Below are positions 11,992 through 24,555 of a stretch of DNA of 64,000 bases, piece by piece (position 1 is the stretch's first letter; every line of letters begins with the position of its first letter). The stretch lies in the NCBI GenBank assembly GCA_043228905.1, contig JBHGNT010000007.1, positions 20,832,001-20,896,000 on the forward strand. Reading direction: 5' to 3'. The notes under the pieces are model-generated. The model was given only the letters and a program-made list of their open reading frames with translations. It searched no databases and was not told the DNA's origin. The stretch comes from Azolla caroliniana (lineage: Eukaryota > Plantae > Polypodiophyta). The position numbers were made by a program, and so were the translations under genes.

Positions 11992-12399
11992 CCTGCCAGG
12001 GCACACTCGATCATTTGCCTCTCCACGTGCTCCTTTGCCAAGTGTTGTGAGACTTTTTTTTGTTGTAGGGTAAAAGCACGCTTCGGTGTACCAAAAAAGT
12101 ACTGTTTTTGGCCAAAAAATACATCTCTACCTTTGATACTCTTAGTACTATAAATAAATAAATAATAATAATTTCGGCAAAAGTAAAATTCAAGAGTGAC
12201 GTGGGAGTAGTAAAAGTGCAATAATGACAAAAAATGGGGGGAAAGCGATATGAGAGGATTTTACCATTTTGGGGGATATTTCCCCCTTCATGTTAAAGTT
12301 TTTCACTTTTTTCAAGTTTTTTCCTTTTTCAAAATTTCACCTTTCTCATTTTTGATGCTTTTTCTTGTCATCGTTCTTCTTCCAACCAAGCCTTCTCCT

Positions 12400-13350
12400 T
12401 ATTTAGATCTGAACCTTATTTCTGAATCATTCACCTATCTTTGATTTGAACCTTATGCATGAATCATTGTCCTAACTCAGATTTCATGCTTCATCTTTCA
12501 ATAGTTCTCATAACAGCATGGCTGAAGCTTCTTCCATGAATCATTATTCTAACTCATATTTGAAGCTTGTTCCAACACGAATCTTTTGCACTTAGATTTG
12601 AATCTTTGACTAACGTGAGTCGTCCTGTCTCCGATTTCAAGTTTCTTTCATGAACCATATGTGGTTCATTGATTGGGAAGCTTCTTCCTCGTGTTCCTCT
12701 TTCTTATCATATTCTCATGTAGATCTCTTTCATGTTCTTCTTTCTTCTCATATTCTTATGTAGATTTCTTTCATGTTCGTCTTTCTCATGTCCAACACGA
12801 GTCTTCCTATCTTTGATTGGAAGTTTCTTTCGTGAATAGTAAGTGGTTCATAGATAGAGGAGTTTTTCCTTATCTTTATCTTACATCTCATCTTCTCATG
12901 TTCATCTTCTTTTTATGTAGATTTTTTTTGTGTTCATCTTTCTCATATAAATCTTTTTCATGTTCGTCTTTCTTTTCTTATTCTCTTGTAGATCTTTTTA
13001 ATGTTCATCTTTCTTCTCACATTATCATATTCATCTTTCTCTTATAGGTTTTTTTCATGTTCATCTTTCTTCTCTTATTTTCATGTCAAATATAAGTATT
13101 CCAATCTTCGATTTTAAGCTTCTTCCATGAATCATAAGCGATTCATAAATAGAGGAGCTTCTTCCGCATTTTCATCTTATTTTTCATATTCTCGTGTTCA
13201 TCTTTCTCTTGTGGATTCTTTTCTTGCTCATCTTTCTTCTCATATTTTTGTGTTCATCCTTCTCATGTAGATTATTTTCATCCTCATCATTTTATTTTTG
13301 TTTCCTCATGTTCATCTTTGTCATGCAAATTTTTTGCAATGTTCACCATT
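12400..13350. repeat. Pyrimidine-rich degenerate repeat (ttctcatgt..tgttcatctt)
   Basis: Many diverged reiterations of 'tcatgttcatctttct' and 'tgtagatctctttt'. Confidence 0.6.
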
Positions 13351-13632
13351 CTTTTTATATTTCATCGTTTTAATATATAAAACCATGGTTTTCTTGGATA
13401 TGATTTTTTTATGTGATTCCTTGTCATATTCAAATTTTTATGTTGCATGTTTATCTTTCTTCCTCTATTTCTTGCTTTTCATATTTGAGATCATGTTATC
13501 ATTGGTTATGAAATTACTAATACAATTCTTGTTGATTTTTTGTGGTTGCAAGTTCCATTTAGTAATATTGGTATACAACTAATTGTAACCTTGATTTCTT
13601 TAATTACTTTCCTTGGTATTCTTTTTTAAATA

Positions 13633-15425
13633 ATTCATATAATTGAAAATGGTAGTCATCAATTAGTTTGGTCCGATGGTGTAGCCTCACAATTTAAGGC
13701 GGCATGATATTTCTTCTTTATTGTTAGGTAAATTGATTATTGTACATTAAGTATATATAGTTCTAAGTGTAGTCGACTAATACTTCATATGCCTTCAACT
13801 ATTACTTTAGTTTCCTATGCTTTCTAATCTTTAATGAAAACTTAGAACTAATTGTATTCAAACTTATCTACATTACTAATATTAGTTTAGTCTCCTATAT
13901 TTAGTGTTGTTCAATACAATTTTTTTACTTTTCTTCCAATGTGCATCAATACTAATTATGTATTTAGCTATATTTAGTACTTTCAATGAGTATTGTCCTC
14001 CCATGTGCATCAATACTAATTGTATATTTACCTATATTTAGTATTTTTATATAACAACTTAGTATTATTGTTCTATATGTATCATCACTAATTGTCTATT
14101 CACCTATGCTTAGTATTTTAAATAACAACTTAGTATTGCTATCAAGTGTTCATCAATACTAATTATGTGTTTACCCATGTTTAGTATTTTTAAATAACAA
14201 CTTAGTATTGTCCTCCCATGTGTGTTAGTACTAATTTTCTACTCACTTATGTTTAGTATCTATAAATAATAACTTAGTATTGTCCTCCCATGTGTATAAG
14301 TACTAATTGTGTATTTACCTAAGTTTAGTATTTTTAAATAAAAACTTAGTATTATCCTCCCATGTGCATCCGTACTAATTGTGTATTCACACAAATTTAA
14401 CATTTTTAAATATAAACTTAGTACTACCCTCCAATATGTGTCAGTACTAATTTTCTACTCATTTATGTTTAGTATTGTTAAATAACAACTTAATACTATC
14501 CTCCCATGTGAATCAATACTAATTGTCTATTCACGTGTTTAGTATAGATATAAATAAAAACTTACTACTGTCCTCCCATGTGAATTAGTACTAATTGTCT
14601 ATTCACGTATGTTTAGTATCTACAAGTAATAACTTAGTACTGTCCTCCCATGTGCATCAGTACTAATTTACAACATAATACTATCCTCCCACATATATTA
14701 ATACTAATTCTATTTTAAACCATGTAAAGTATTCCTAATTTACAACTTAGTACCGTCCTACCCGTGCACACGTACTGCTTATGTCTTAAGCCATGTAAAA
14801 TATTTTTAATTTACAACATAGTACTATCCTCCCATGTCTATCAGTACTAATTCCGTTTTAAGCCATGTTAAGTATGCTTAACTTATAACTTAGTACTATC
14901 CTCTCACATGAATCAACACTAATTATGTTTTAAGCCATGTTAAGTATTCTTAATTTACAACTTAGTAATGTCCTCCCACATGCACCAAGTACTAATTATA
15001 GTTTAAGCAATGTAAAATCTTCTTAATTTACAACATAGTACTATCCTCCCACATCTATCAGTACTAATTCTGTTTTAAGACATGTTAAGTATTCTTAATT
15101 TACAACTTAGTAATGTCTTCTCACATGAATCAATATTAATTAAGTTTTAAGCCATGTTAAGTATTGTTGGCTACCTATGATGTACTAACTTAGTACTGTT
15201 ACTAATGTTTGTTGGCTACCTATGATGCAAAACACCCAGGCACTTCTCATTGACCAACATTAGGATGCAACGTAACCACTTTGGGTCTGAACATGGAAAG
15301 GGAGAGCATGATGGGGTGGGAACTGTGATCAAGCATGCTCTTATAAGCAAGTAGGTGGATAATAAAGGTGCTAAGTTACAAAATGCTCATGATGTTGTGG
15401 AGTGGTTGACATGGAAGATGTCAAA
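13633..15425 (+). pseudogene. Sola2-like DDE/D transposase remnant, two exons (13633-13727, 15240-15425)
   Basis: WSDGVASQFK and HFGSEHGKGEHDGVGTVIK motifs; GT..CAG phase-2 intron 13728-15239 restores the frame (..FIV-R-HFSLTN..); in-frame stops present. Confidence 0.75.
13900..15170. repeat. ~72-bp tandem repeat, ~17 units, inside the transposase intron
   Basis: 'acaacttagta(t/c)tgtcctcccatgtg..tactaatt' recurs at 14054, 14125, 14197 and onward; a second variant appears after ~14670. Confidence 0.9.
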
Positions 15426-17465
15426 TGACTCTTCATTTTTTATCCAAAAAGGTTTGAACAATCCGGTTTGCATCTTGCTTTATGTAGATGATCTAGTCAT
15501 CACCGGACCCAGACTCGATGAAATCGGTCGTGTGAAGTCCGAGCTCTCGAATGCATTTGAAATGCAGAACCTGGGGGACCTTCATTGTTTCCTTGGGATC
15601 GAGGTGATCTGAACCTGCGAAGGCATATTGCTCTCACAACGTCACTATATGTTGAATATGTTGTACAAGTTCAGCTTGACGGAATGCTGACTTGTCTCCA
15701 CACCCCTGGACTGGAATTAGAAGCTTCGTCCCGGCTCCGAACAGGCCTGCAATGAAACACGGTTTCGACAGATTGTCGAGAGCCTCATATACTTGACAAT
15801 CACCCGACCTGACATCAGTTATCTGATTGGAGTGATCAACCAGTTCATGCAAAAGCCAACCGTGGAGCACCTTCAGTGCGTGCATCGAATATTGAGATAT
15901 GTGAGTGACACGAAGGATCGGGGATTGTTATACCGGTATGGTATAACTAAAGAGCTAGTCAGATACATAGATGCGAACTAGACTGGTGATGCATCGGACC
16001 GCCGATCCACCTCCAGTTTCATGTTTTCTCTTGGTAGTGTGACAGTTGTGTGGAGAAGCAAAAAGCAGCCAACAGTGGCTCTATGGAGCACCAAGGCTGA
16101 ATACCGAGTCACTACCGTTGCCACTTGTGAAGCCATTTGGCTTCAGTGACTGTTGCAAGACCTACGGATCAAGGTACCAACCCCGATCCTGCACTACTGT
16201 GACAACATGAGCAGCATTCAACTTGCCAAGAACCCCGTATTCCATGCTCAAACAAAGCACATAGAAGTGCATTATCACTTCGTGTGTGAGCGGGTCTTAA
16301 GCGGTGAAGTCGAACTTCAGTGTGTTCAGACGGATCGGCAAGTTGCCGATATCTTTACCAAACCGCTCGGATCGGACAAGTTGTAGCACTTCACCGAAAT
16401 TCTCGGTGTTTAGCATCTTGATGTGTTGCACTTGAGGGGGAGAATGGGCAAAGACAAAGAAACTGGTGATGGCACCGGACAAAGAGCCAGAGATGGAAGA
16501 ACCAACACAGGGGGAGATGAAAGGAAAAAGGAAGCCGAGTCGACAGAGGAAGTTGACACTTCCGAACAAATCGGAGCAAGTGGTAGAGCTGATCGGAAGA
16601 AGAAGACCAAGACCCGGACGTGGTCCGATGTGGTGAAGGGCCTGAAAACCGGAGACGAGTTGGAGAACACCAACTCGGACAAGAGCTAGAATGAATCAGA
16701 GACACCCGATTCGGTTCAATAGTTGGATTCGGAAGAGCCAGATCAACTAAAGGCCATGCGGACTATGTGGCAGCGGAAGTTGATGCCAACACGAAGGAAC
16801 CAACGGGTCGACAAGCGTCAGAGTCACTGCAGCGAAGGAGCTGACATGGGCCTGCTGAGTAGACAAGCCAACCAAGAATGTCGAGATGCGCGGAACGGGA
16901 CAAGTTGCAGGAAGTGGAACCGAACCGAACGAGGTGTGCGAGCAAGGAGAGCGAGCGAGAGGAGCTGGAGAGGAGAACCGACTACTGTAGACATTGACAC
17001 CACGATCTAACCTCATGTTGAGCTTGAGGGGGAGTGTTGAGCGGGCAAGCTCAGCCGGATCCGGATCAGCTGAATAAGCCTGAGCCGGATCGGTATCCGG
17101 AATTAGCGGCCGGATCGGGGAGAGGGATTGGAGAGCCGGATTCAAATGTGAACCGGAAGGCTAGTAGTAGCCTAGAATCCTAGACTACTAGGTATTTATT
17201 GTCTCATAGTTAGTGTCAGTAGCTCGTATGAGCAGTGAAGTACATGGTACTTATGTCAGTTCTCCAAGGACTTGTATAAATAGTGCCGTCAAGCATAGTG
17301 TATGTACAGAAAAATACAGAGTGTTATTTTTTGAATCAAGTTTGATGTTATGCTCTTTCTGTCTCTCCTATATTCTCTGTGTTAAGCTTCCATTAAACCT
17401 TCTTCTCTATTATTGCTATCCGGTAGAGCCGGTTTGTAATACGCTTCTGCATGCTAACCTTTACA
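15425..17465 (+). mobile_element. Ty1/copia 3' half: RT-RNaseH pseudogene, 3'UTR, PPT and 3' LTR (17035-17465)
   Basis: LLYVDDL, TRPDI, KNPVFHAQTKHIEVHYHF, ADIFTK motifs; PPT GAGGGGGAG then TGTTGAG...TTTACA. Confidence 0.88.
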
Positions 17466-18474
17466 ATCCAGAACGAAGTCATGAAGTTCGGCAAAGGAAG
17501 TCTGATCATGGCTCAAGCCTAGAAGATCAACACACTATACTTGATGCATGCCAGGATATGCCGGGAAGAAGTGAACATAGCATCCAACACTGTCGGTGAG
17601 CTGTGGCACAAGAGACTGTGCCATATGAGCCAGAAGGGGACGAGAAGACTTGCCGAAGATAACCACATTTTGGAGGTGAAAGACGTGCATCTTGAGAAGT
17701 GCACCGATTGCTTGGCCGGCAAGCAAAACCGAACCTCTTTCCGTTCAAGACCACCTATGAGATGGAATACACCGCTAGAGCTGGTGTATACCTGTTACGG
17801 GCATGACCATATAATATCCCGTGGTGAGAATTTACTGTAGTATTCTATACACGTTGTCGTGCCTTTCGGCTCCGGATCGTTGCGTGAGTTGGGTGGGAAC
17901 CGCCGAGGTTTTGGACTAGGAGAAAGAAGAATATGAGATGAGGCTAGTAATAAATAGATTATTAGAAAGAGAGATAGAAATTTCGTGAATCCCACGAGTG
18001 TATTGTAATCGATTAATCAATATTTAGATAAGAATATGTATTTAGATTGAAAGAAAGATATAAGAAACTTGTGAATCCCACAAGTATAGATTATATTATT
18101 TTCGTGAATCCCACGATTATATTAATCGGTTGGTGTTTTCGGAAATATATCCAATTTCCAAATATTTCACACACCTATTACATTGTGCTCCCCATCCTTA
18201 TGTAGTGATGGGAGAGACTAAGCATAGCTACATGCTTTTTCTCATATGTTCATGCACACTAAATGTGCATGTGATGCTTTTCTAATCCTTGCTTTTATTT
18301 GCTAAATATAGTGCTCATGCACGCTAGATGTGCATGAGTCACTTTTTAGTTGCTTGCGTTTTTCTATAAAATATTCACGCACTCTAAAAATGCATGATTT
18401 ACCTTTTAATAAAGGTAGGCGCAAATAAAGCACTTATAGTTATTAAATCTATTTATAGAACACTAAAGATAAGG

Positions 18475-18528
18475 TAGCATAATGGTAAAGTTGAAGTTTG
18501 GCTACATGGAGGTACATGGTTCGAATCT
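18475..18528 (+). promoter_or_regulatory. tRNA-like Pol III A box/B box inside LTR (copy at 20481-20534; diverged copy ~40425-40500 on - strand)
   Basis: TAGCATAATGG (A box) and GGTTCGAATCT (B box) 43 nt apart start to start, followed by T-runs. Confidence 0.55.
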
Positions 18529-19839
18529 TGCCCTATGCACGTGATAAATATCTTGATATTCTTATTTTATTTATTAGTGATAAATATCTTAATATTCTTA
18601 TTTTATTTATTTATATGTAATTAAATCGGTTATATTATTTTTACTTTTTCACGTAGTGTACGAAATACACTACGACACTCGCCCCCTCCGAACCCGCACA
18701 TCCTCCGGTATGTGCCGAAGTTGCCGATGCTCGTTGTCTCCCCTTCATCCTCCGTTTGTCCCGCTATGTCAACTTTGTCTCTCCATTTTGAGTAGACCCA
18801 TTCTTTCCACGCGAACCATTGTCGCCATCCGATCCACCATATTCTTTGTTCTCTCTCGTCATATTCTTGGCCCTTGTCATTCGTGGTAGTGTCTTTTACT
18901 GGCCTCTTTCTTGTCTTCATCAACCTTGACTTTTTTCCGGATCGCTCTTGTTCGATCGACTTTCGGTTTGATCGGCTTCCGATCGGATTCGTATTCGGCC
19001 GAATCGGAATCGGTTGTTCGGTTTTGATTGAGTCGGTCTCCTTCCGCCTCGGTTTCGATCTATCGGTTTCGGTTTCAGTTGGCTTTCTTTTCCTCGTTTT
19101 CACCAGCCTCGACCGGTCTAACCTCCGGTTGAGTCGGATTAGCTTCTTTCCGGATCGATCTCGTCCGATTGGCTTTCAGCTAGGTCGGCTTCCATCCATA
19201 TTCGTGTTCGGCCAAGTCAGACTCGGTCGATCGGTTTTGACCAAGTCGACCCCTTTTCGGGTCGGCTTTCTTTCGGGTCGTCTTTCGGCCGAATCCTCAT
19301 TCGCCCGATTTAGCTTTCGTTTGTGTCGTCTTTCGGCCGAATTCTCTTCCTTTCGGTTCGGCTTTCTTTTAGGTCGACTTTCGGTCAAATCCTCTTTTAC
19401 CCGGTTCGGCTTTCTTTCGGATCGGAATCCCGTCCGGATCACCTTCCATCCTAATTGGCTTCCGACTTTACCTTTCTTGCCGCCACCTCCCGTCTCTCCG
19501 GTCTCACGTTGCTTCTCAGACACAACCGCCGAAGTCTCTAGAATTAGTGGGTAGGAATCCTCGGTATTATCATCCTCTGTCATTTCACCCATAGCCATAT
19601 TCTCGGCTATCTCTCCGTCGTATGCATCGACTTTGACCTTTGTTTTCTCTCCGCCTTGTAGTCACGTAGATAGCGTGACACATCGTTTCCGTTGAATTGT
19701 CCCTTTCGTTGTACGAGCCGCTTTACTGCCCCCGTGATCTCCGACATCACTCGTTGTTCTTGTAGCATCCGCTCGAACATCATCATCATCGTTATGCTCA
19801 TTGCCTCTTGTTGATTCTCCATCTCCTTGCCACCCGCCT

Positions 19840-19856
19840 TCACGTCGGGTTCACCA
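19840..19856 (-). other. Primer binding site complementary to tRNA-Trp 3' end
   Basis: TGGTGAACCCGACGTGA, complement of plant tRNA-Trp ..TCACGTCGGGTTCACCA; identical at 41115 and 60916. Confidence 0.85.
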
Positions 19857-22800
19857 ACTGTGTCGTGCCTTTCGGCTCCGGATCGTTGCGTGAGTCGGGT
19901 GGGAACCGCCGAGGTTTTGGACTAGGAGAAAGAAGAATATGAGATGAGGCTAGTAATAAATAGATTATTAGAAAGAGAGATAGAAATTTCGTGAATCCCA
20001 CGAGTGTATTGTAATCGATTAATCAATATTTAGATAAGAATATGTATTTAGATTGAAAGAAAGATATAAGAAACTTGTGAATCCCACAAGTATAGATTAT
20101 ATTATTTTCGTGAATCCCACGATTATATTAATCGGTTGGTGTTTTCGGAAATATATCCAATTTCCAAATATTTCACACACCTATTACATTGTGCTCCCCA
20201 TCCTTATGTAGTGATGGGAGAGACTAAGCATAGCTACATGCTTTTTCTCATATGTTCATGCACACTAAATGTGCATGTGATGCTTTTCTAATCCTTGCTT
20301 TTATTTGCTAAATATAGTGCTCATGCACGCTAGATGTGCATGAGTCACTTTTTAGTTGCTTGCGTTTTTCTATAAAATATTCACGCACTCTAAAAATGCA
20401 TGATTTACCTTTTAATAAAGGTAGGCGCAAATAAAGCACTTATAGTTATTAAATCTATTTATAGAACACTAAAGATAAGGTAGCATAATGGTAAAGTTGA
20501 AGTTTGGCTACATGGAGGTACATGGTTCGAATCTTGCCCTATGCACGTGATAAATATCTTGATATTCTTATTTTATTTATTGGTGATAAATATCTTAATA
20601 TTCTTATTTTATTTATTTATATGTAATTAAATCGGTTATATTATTTTTACTTTTTCACGTAGTGTACGAAATACACTACGACAACGTGGATAAGTGTGAG
20701 GGTTAAACGAGAGTGTAAAGAAGGGGAGGATTACTTTTAATCCTCAGGATTGAGACAACCCATTAGGTCAAGTGTGAACTTGCCTGGGGGCCTTGGGCAT
20801 CGCTATAAATAAGAGGCCTAGCTACCCTCATTTAATCATCTTTTGACTACATCGAGACTCCGCTCGTGTGGTGGGTCAACTCTTGTAGCGAGCGCGCAAG
20901 CACCAGGTACGACTCGACGCCACGGCGGTGGTATGGGACGCGGATCGAGGCTCGAGTCCGTCTCGATCCCTTCGCACAGGGGTGGTCGGGTGGATCGGCA
21001 CCCTTCTTTCTCTTTCTCCTTTCTATCTATCATTTGTTTATCCTTATCTTAAGCTTACTTTAGTACTTAGATCTCTAATAATACCGATGTGTCAAGCGGG
21101 CACGAAGTCACATGCCGGATCGCAGTACTTTGTGACGTTCATAGATGACCACAGCTGGAAGATGTGGGTCTCACCGTTGAAGACGAAGGATCAGGTGTTG
21201 TCCATCTTCAAGGAGCTCCATGCGAGAGTGGAAAGAGAAATCGGTCGGAAGCTGAAGACGGTTCGAGTAGATAACGGAGGAGAATACTAGGGGCAATTCG
21301 AGGAGTACTACCGGTCCAATGGAATCCAACTTGAATTTACCGTGCCGAATACACCGAAACTAAACAGGCTGGCCGAACGAATGAACCGGACCATAATGTA
21401 GAGAGTCCGGAGCATGCTTGCACATGCCAAGTTACCCAAGAGATTTTGGGCTGAGACGCCGATGACGACGACCAACATGATAAACAGATCACCCTCAGTA
21501 CCCTTGGATGGAGACACACCACTAAGAGTGTGGACCGGTAAAGACGTGTCTTACCGGTATCTAAAGGTGTTTTGGTGTGTCGCTTACATGTATGTCACAA
21601 AGGACAAGAGAGAAAAGTTGGACCCGAAGTCCCGGCCATGCATATTTCTTGGATACATCGATGATGATTTCAGTTATCGGGTGTGGGATCTAGTCGACAA
21701 GAAGGTGTTCCAGAGTCGAGACATAGTCTTCATGGAAGACAAGGACATTGTCGACTTAGAGTCGAAGAAGAAGAAGATGGAATTTGGATCGATCAGCAAA
21801 AATTGGTTTGAGGACATAAGGACTTACTCGGTTGGAAACTGGATGACACTCGACGAACCAACCGGATTTGGACAAGAAACTGAACTAAACGAAGAAGAAG
21901 AAGAGGAAGAAGACATCGGAACCAGACAAGATCCTGAATCGGATTCAGATTCGGAAGAGACGGAGGAACCGGTTGCCGAAAACCACGGTAAGAGATATCC
22001 TCCCATAGAGAGAAGCGCCCCCCGGAGATTTCCGGATGTAGAACATGTGTTGCTGACCGACAAGGGGGAACCAGAAAGCTTCGAGAAAGCGAAGAAAGAC
22101 ACCCACAACCACAAGTCGTTGAGTGCCATGCAGCAAGAGATGGATTCCCTACATGAGAACCACACAAACGAACTAATGGAGTTGTCGAAAGGAAAGAGGG
22201 CACTCCGTAACAAGTGGGTGTACAAGTTGAAACCGGGAGATGTCGGAAATCCACCAAGGTACAGAGCCTGGATCGTGGTGAAGGAGTTCCAACAGAAGAA
22301 AGGGGTGGATTTCGACAAGATCTTTGCCCCGGTAGTCAAGATGACCTCCATCCAGATGGTGTTGAGCATAGCGGCAAGCATGAACCTCGGGGTAGAGAAA
22401 CTAGATGTCAAGATGGCATTCCTCCATGGTGACCTCGAAGAAGAAATCTACATGCAGCAACCGGAAGGGTTAGTGAAGAAAGGGAAGGAGTACCTGGTAT
22501 GCCAGCTGAAGAAGAGCTTATACAGACTGAAGAAAACTCCTCGGAAATGGTACCGAAAGTTCAGCTCCTGCATGACCGCCCAAGGGTACCACAAGACCCA
22601 AGCTGATCATTGCGTGTTTGTGAAGAAATTTGACGGAGGCGACTTCCTGATACTCTTACTATATGTGGACAACATGTTGATCGTCGAACGAGACCAAATC
22701 AAGATCTGAATGCTAAAGAAGGCTCTAAACCGGACCTTCTCAATGAAAGATTTGGGTCCAACAAGACAGATTTTGGGGATGCACATGATCCGGAACCAGT

Positions 22801-24555
22801 CGAAGAAGCTGTTGTGGCTGTCATAGGAGAAGTACGCGACAAAGGTGCTTCAAAGGTTCAACATGTCAGAGGCGAAACTGGTTGGATCGACAGTTCCAAC
22901 AAATTGCAAGTTGTCCAGAAAGCAGAGCCCGAAGACAAAGGTAAAGAAGTCGGATATGACGAGGATACCATATGGCTCTACAGTCAGAAGCCTAATGTAT
23001 GCAATGGTGTGCACCCGGCCCGATATTGCATATGTTGTCGGAGTAGGCAGCTGGTTCATGAGCAATCCGGGAAGAGAGCACTGGAATGCGGTCAATTGGA
23101 TACTCCAGTACCTAAAACACACCTCGAGTATGTGCCTCCAGTTTGGCTCCGGGAAAACCCAACTTGACAGATTCACAGATTCGGATATGTCAGTTTATGT
23201 AGATACTAGCCGGTCTACATCTGGATATGCCATGACCTATGCAGGGGGAGCCGTATCGTGGTAGTCGAGACTACAGATGTCTTTTGCACTATCGACAATG
23301 GAAGCGGAGTACATGGCAGTTGTGGAAGCCGGCAAGGAAGTAATCTGGATGAAGGACTTCATCGGAGAGCTAGGGATCCAGTAGAAAAGAATTATGGCTC
23401 TACTGCAACAGTCAAAGTGCCATCCATCTTGCGAAGAATGAGGCCTACCATTCCCGGACAAAGCACATCCAGCGAAGGTACAACTGGATCCAAGAGAGAG
23501 TAGAAGTTCAAGATTTCGCGCTGACGAAGATCCACACGGAGGAGAATGGGTCGGATATGCTGACCAAGGTGCTATCAGCCGACAAACTCGACATGTGCAG
23601 GAGACGAATCGAACTAACGAGAAATCCCATGCCAGAGTAAAGGGGGAGTTTGTTGGGAATTCGGTCCCTCCGGATGGGATCCAGATGAGAACCGTATTAA
23701 CCGGATGGGACGATCCGAAGAAAGGAAGCGGACCGGGTGCAGCAACCGGACCGGACCGGAAGGATCCAAATAGATCTAGTGTGAATCGGATCCAAGGACA
23801 TATGTGTAAATATGTTCCATTGTGAGCCTATTGACGTTGTATTTGTAAATACCTCAAAAGTTATATAAGTATAAATATGACTTAGGGCAATCACTTGTGA
23901 GAGAGTGAGTTAGTTGTATCATTGTTGTACAAAGAGACAGGGAGACACACACACACACACAAAACTTGTTTTCTGTTTGTAACCGCCTTTTCGCGAAGAT
24001 ACAAAGCTCGAGGTCGTTGCCTCGGAGCCACTATTTGTATTCCTCCCTTCGTAGTGATAGTTGGGATCTGTGGGCTCCCATGGTTTTTCCCGTTGAGGGT
24101 TTTTCACGTAAACATCTTGTGTTGTCTATTCGGTGTAAGTGTACGAACCTCCACTTTTGTTCTTGTTCTTTCATTAAGTGTTTGAATCTCGGTTGTGGCC
24201 GAGCCCTTTTCCTCTCAAGTACTAGCTCAACTAAATATAAGATGGATTCTAGTACTACACCAATTGTACAACTAAAGGTCTCTTGAAGTGTGTACTATGC
24301 CTATCCTAGCCCACCTAAATATAGAATGGATTCTAATACTAAACCAACTATACAACTAATTGCAGAATGAAGTGTGTACTATGTTAATACGAACTGACCT
24401 AAATAAAGGATGTATTCTAGTACTACACCAACTATACACCTAAAGATCTCCTGAAGTGTGTACTATGCTTGTCCTAGCTCACCCAAATATAGAATGGATT
24501 CTAGTACTAAACCAATTGTACAACTAATTGCAGAATGAAGTGTGTACTATGCTTG

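Larger units (their letters stand above)
17855..20683 (-). mobile_element. Young non-autonomous tRNA-Trp-primed LTR retrotransposon (2.8 kb)
   Basis: 823-bp LTRs 17855-18677 and 19861-20683 (2 differences seen by eye); TGTCGT..ACGACA; 4-bp TSD ACGT; PBS at 19840-19856; PPT at 18678-18690; truncated gag-like ORF 19607-19843. Confidence 0.93.
17793..21080 (+). mobile_element. Solo LTR (~455 bp once the nested insert is removed) inserted in copia integrase
   Basis: TGTTA...TAATA ends; 5-bp TSD ATACC (17788-92, 21081-85); TATAAATA at ~20804. Confidence 0.8.
17470..24204 (+). mobile_element. Degraded Tnt1/Tork-like copia (same family as 24556-29902), interrupted by nested insertions; 3' LTR 23651-~24204 truncated
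   Basis: LWHKRLCHMS GAG-pre-integrase, PLELVYT|DVCQ split by insertion, integrase/RT/RNaseH with stops, PPT AGGGGGAGTT at 23641. Confidence 0.9.

Noticed and set aside
13900-15170. CRISPR-like appearance of the regularly spaced repeats (also 24215-30610)
   Set aside because: Whole units are homologous with no unique spacers, there are no cas genes, and the context is eukaryotic; these are tandem satellites.
18465-18545. Functional tRNA gene
   Set aside because: A/B boxes are present but acceptor and anticodon stems do not pair; kept only as a Pol III-like cassette.
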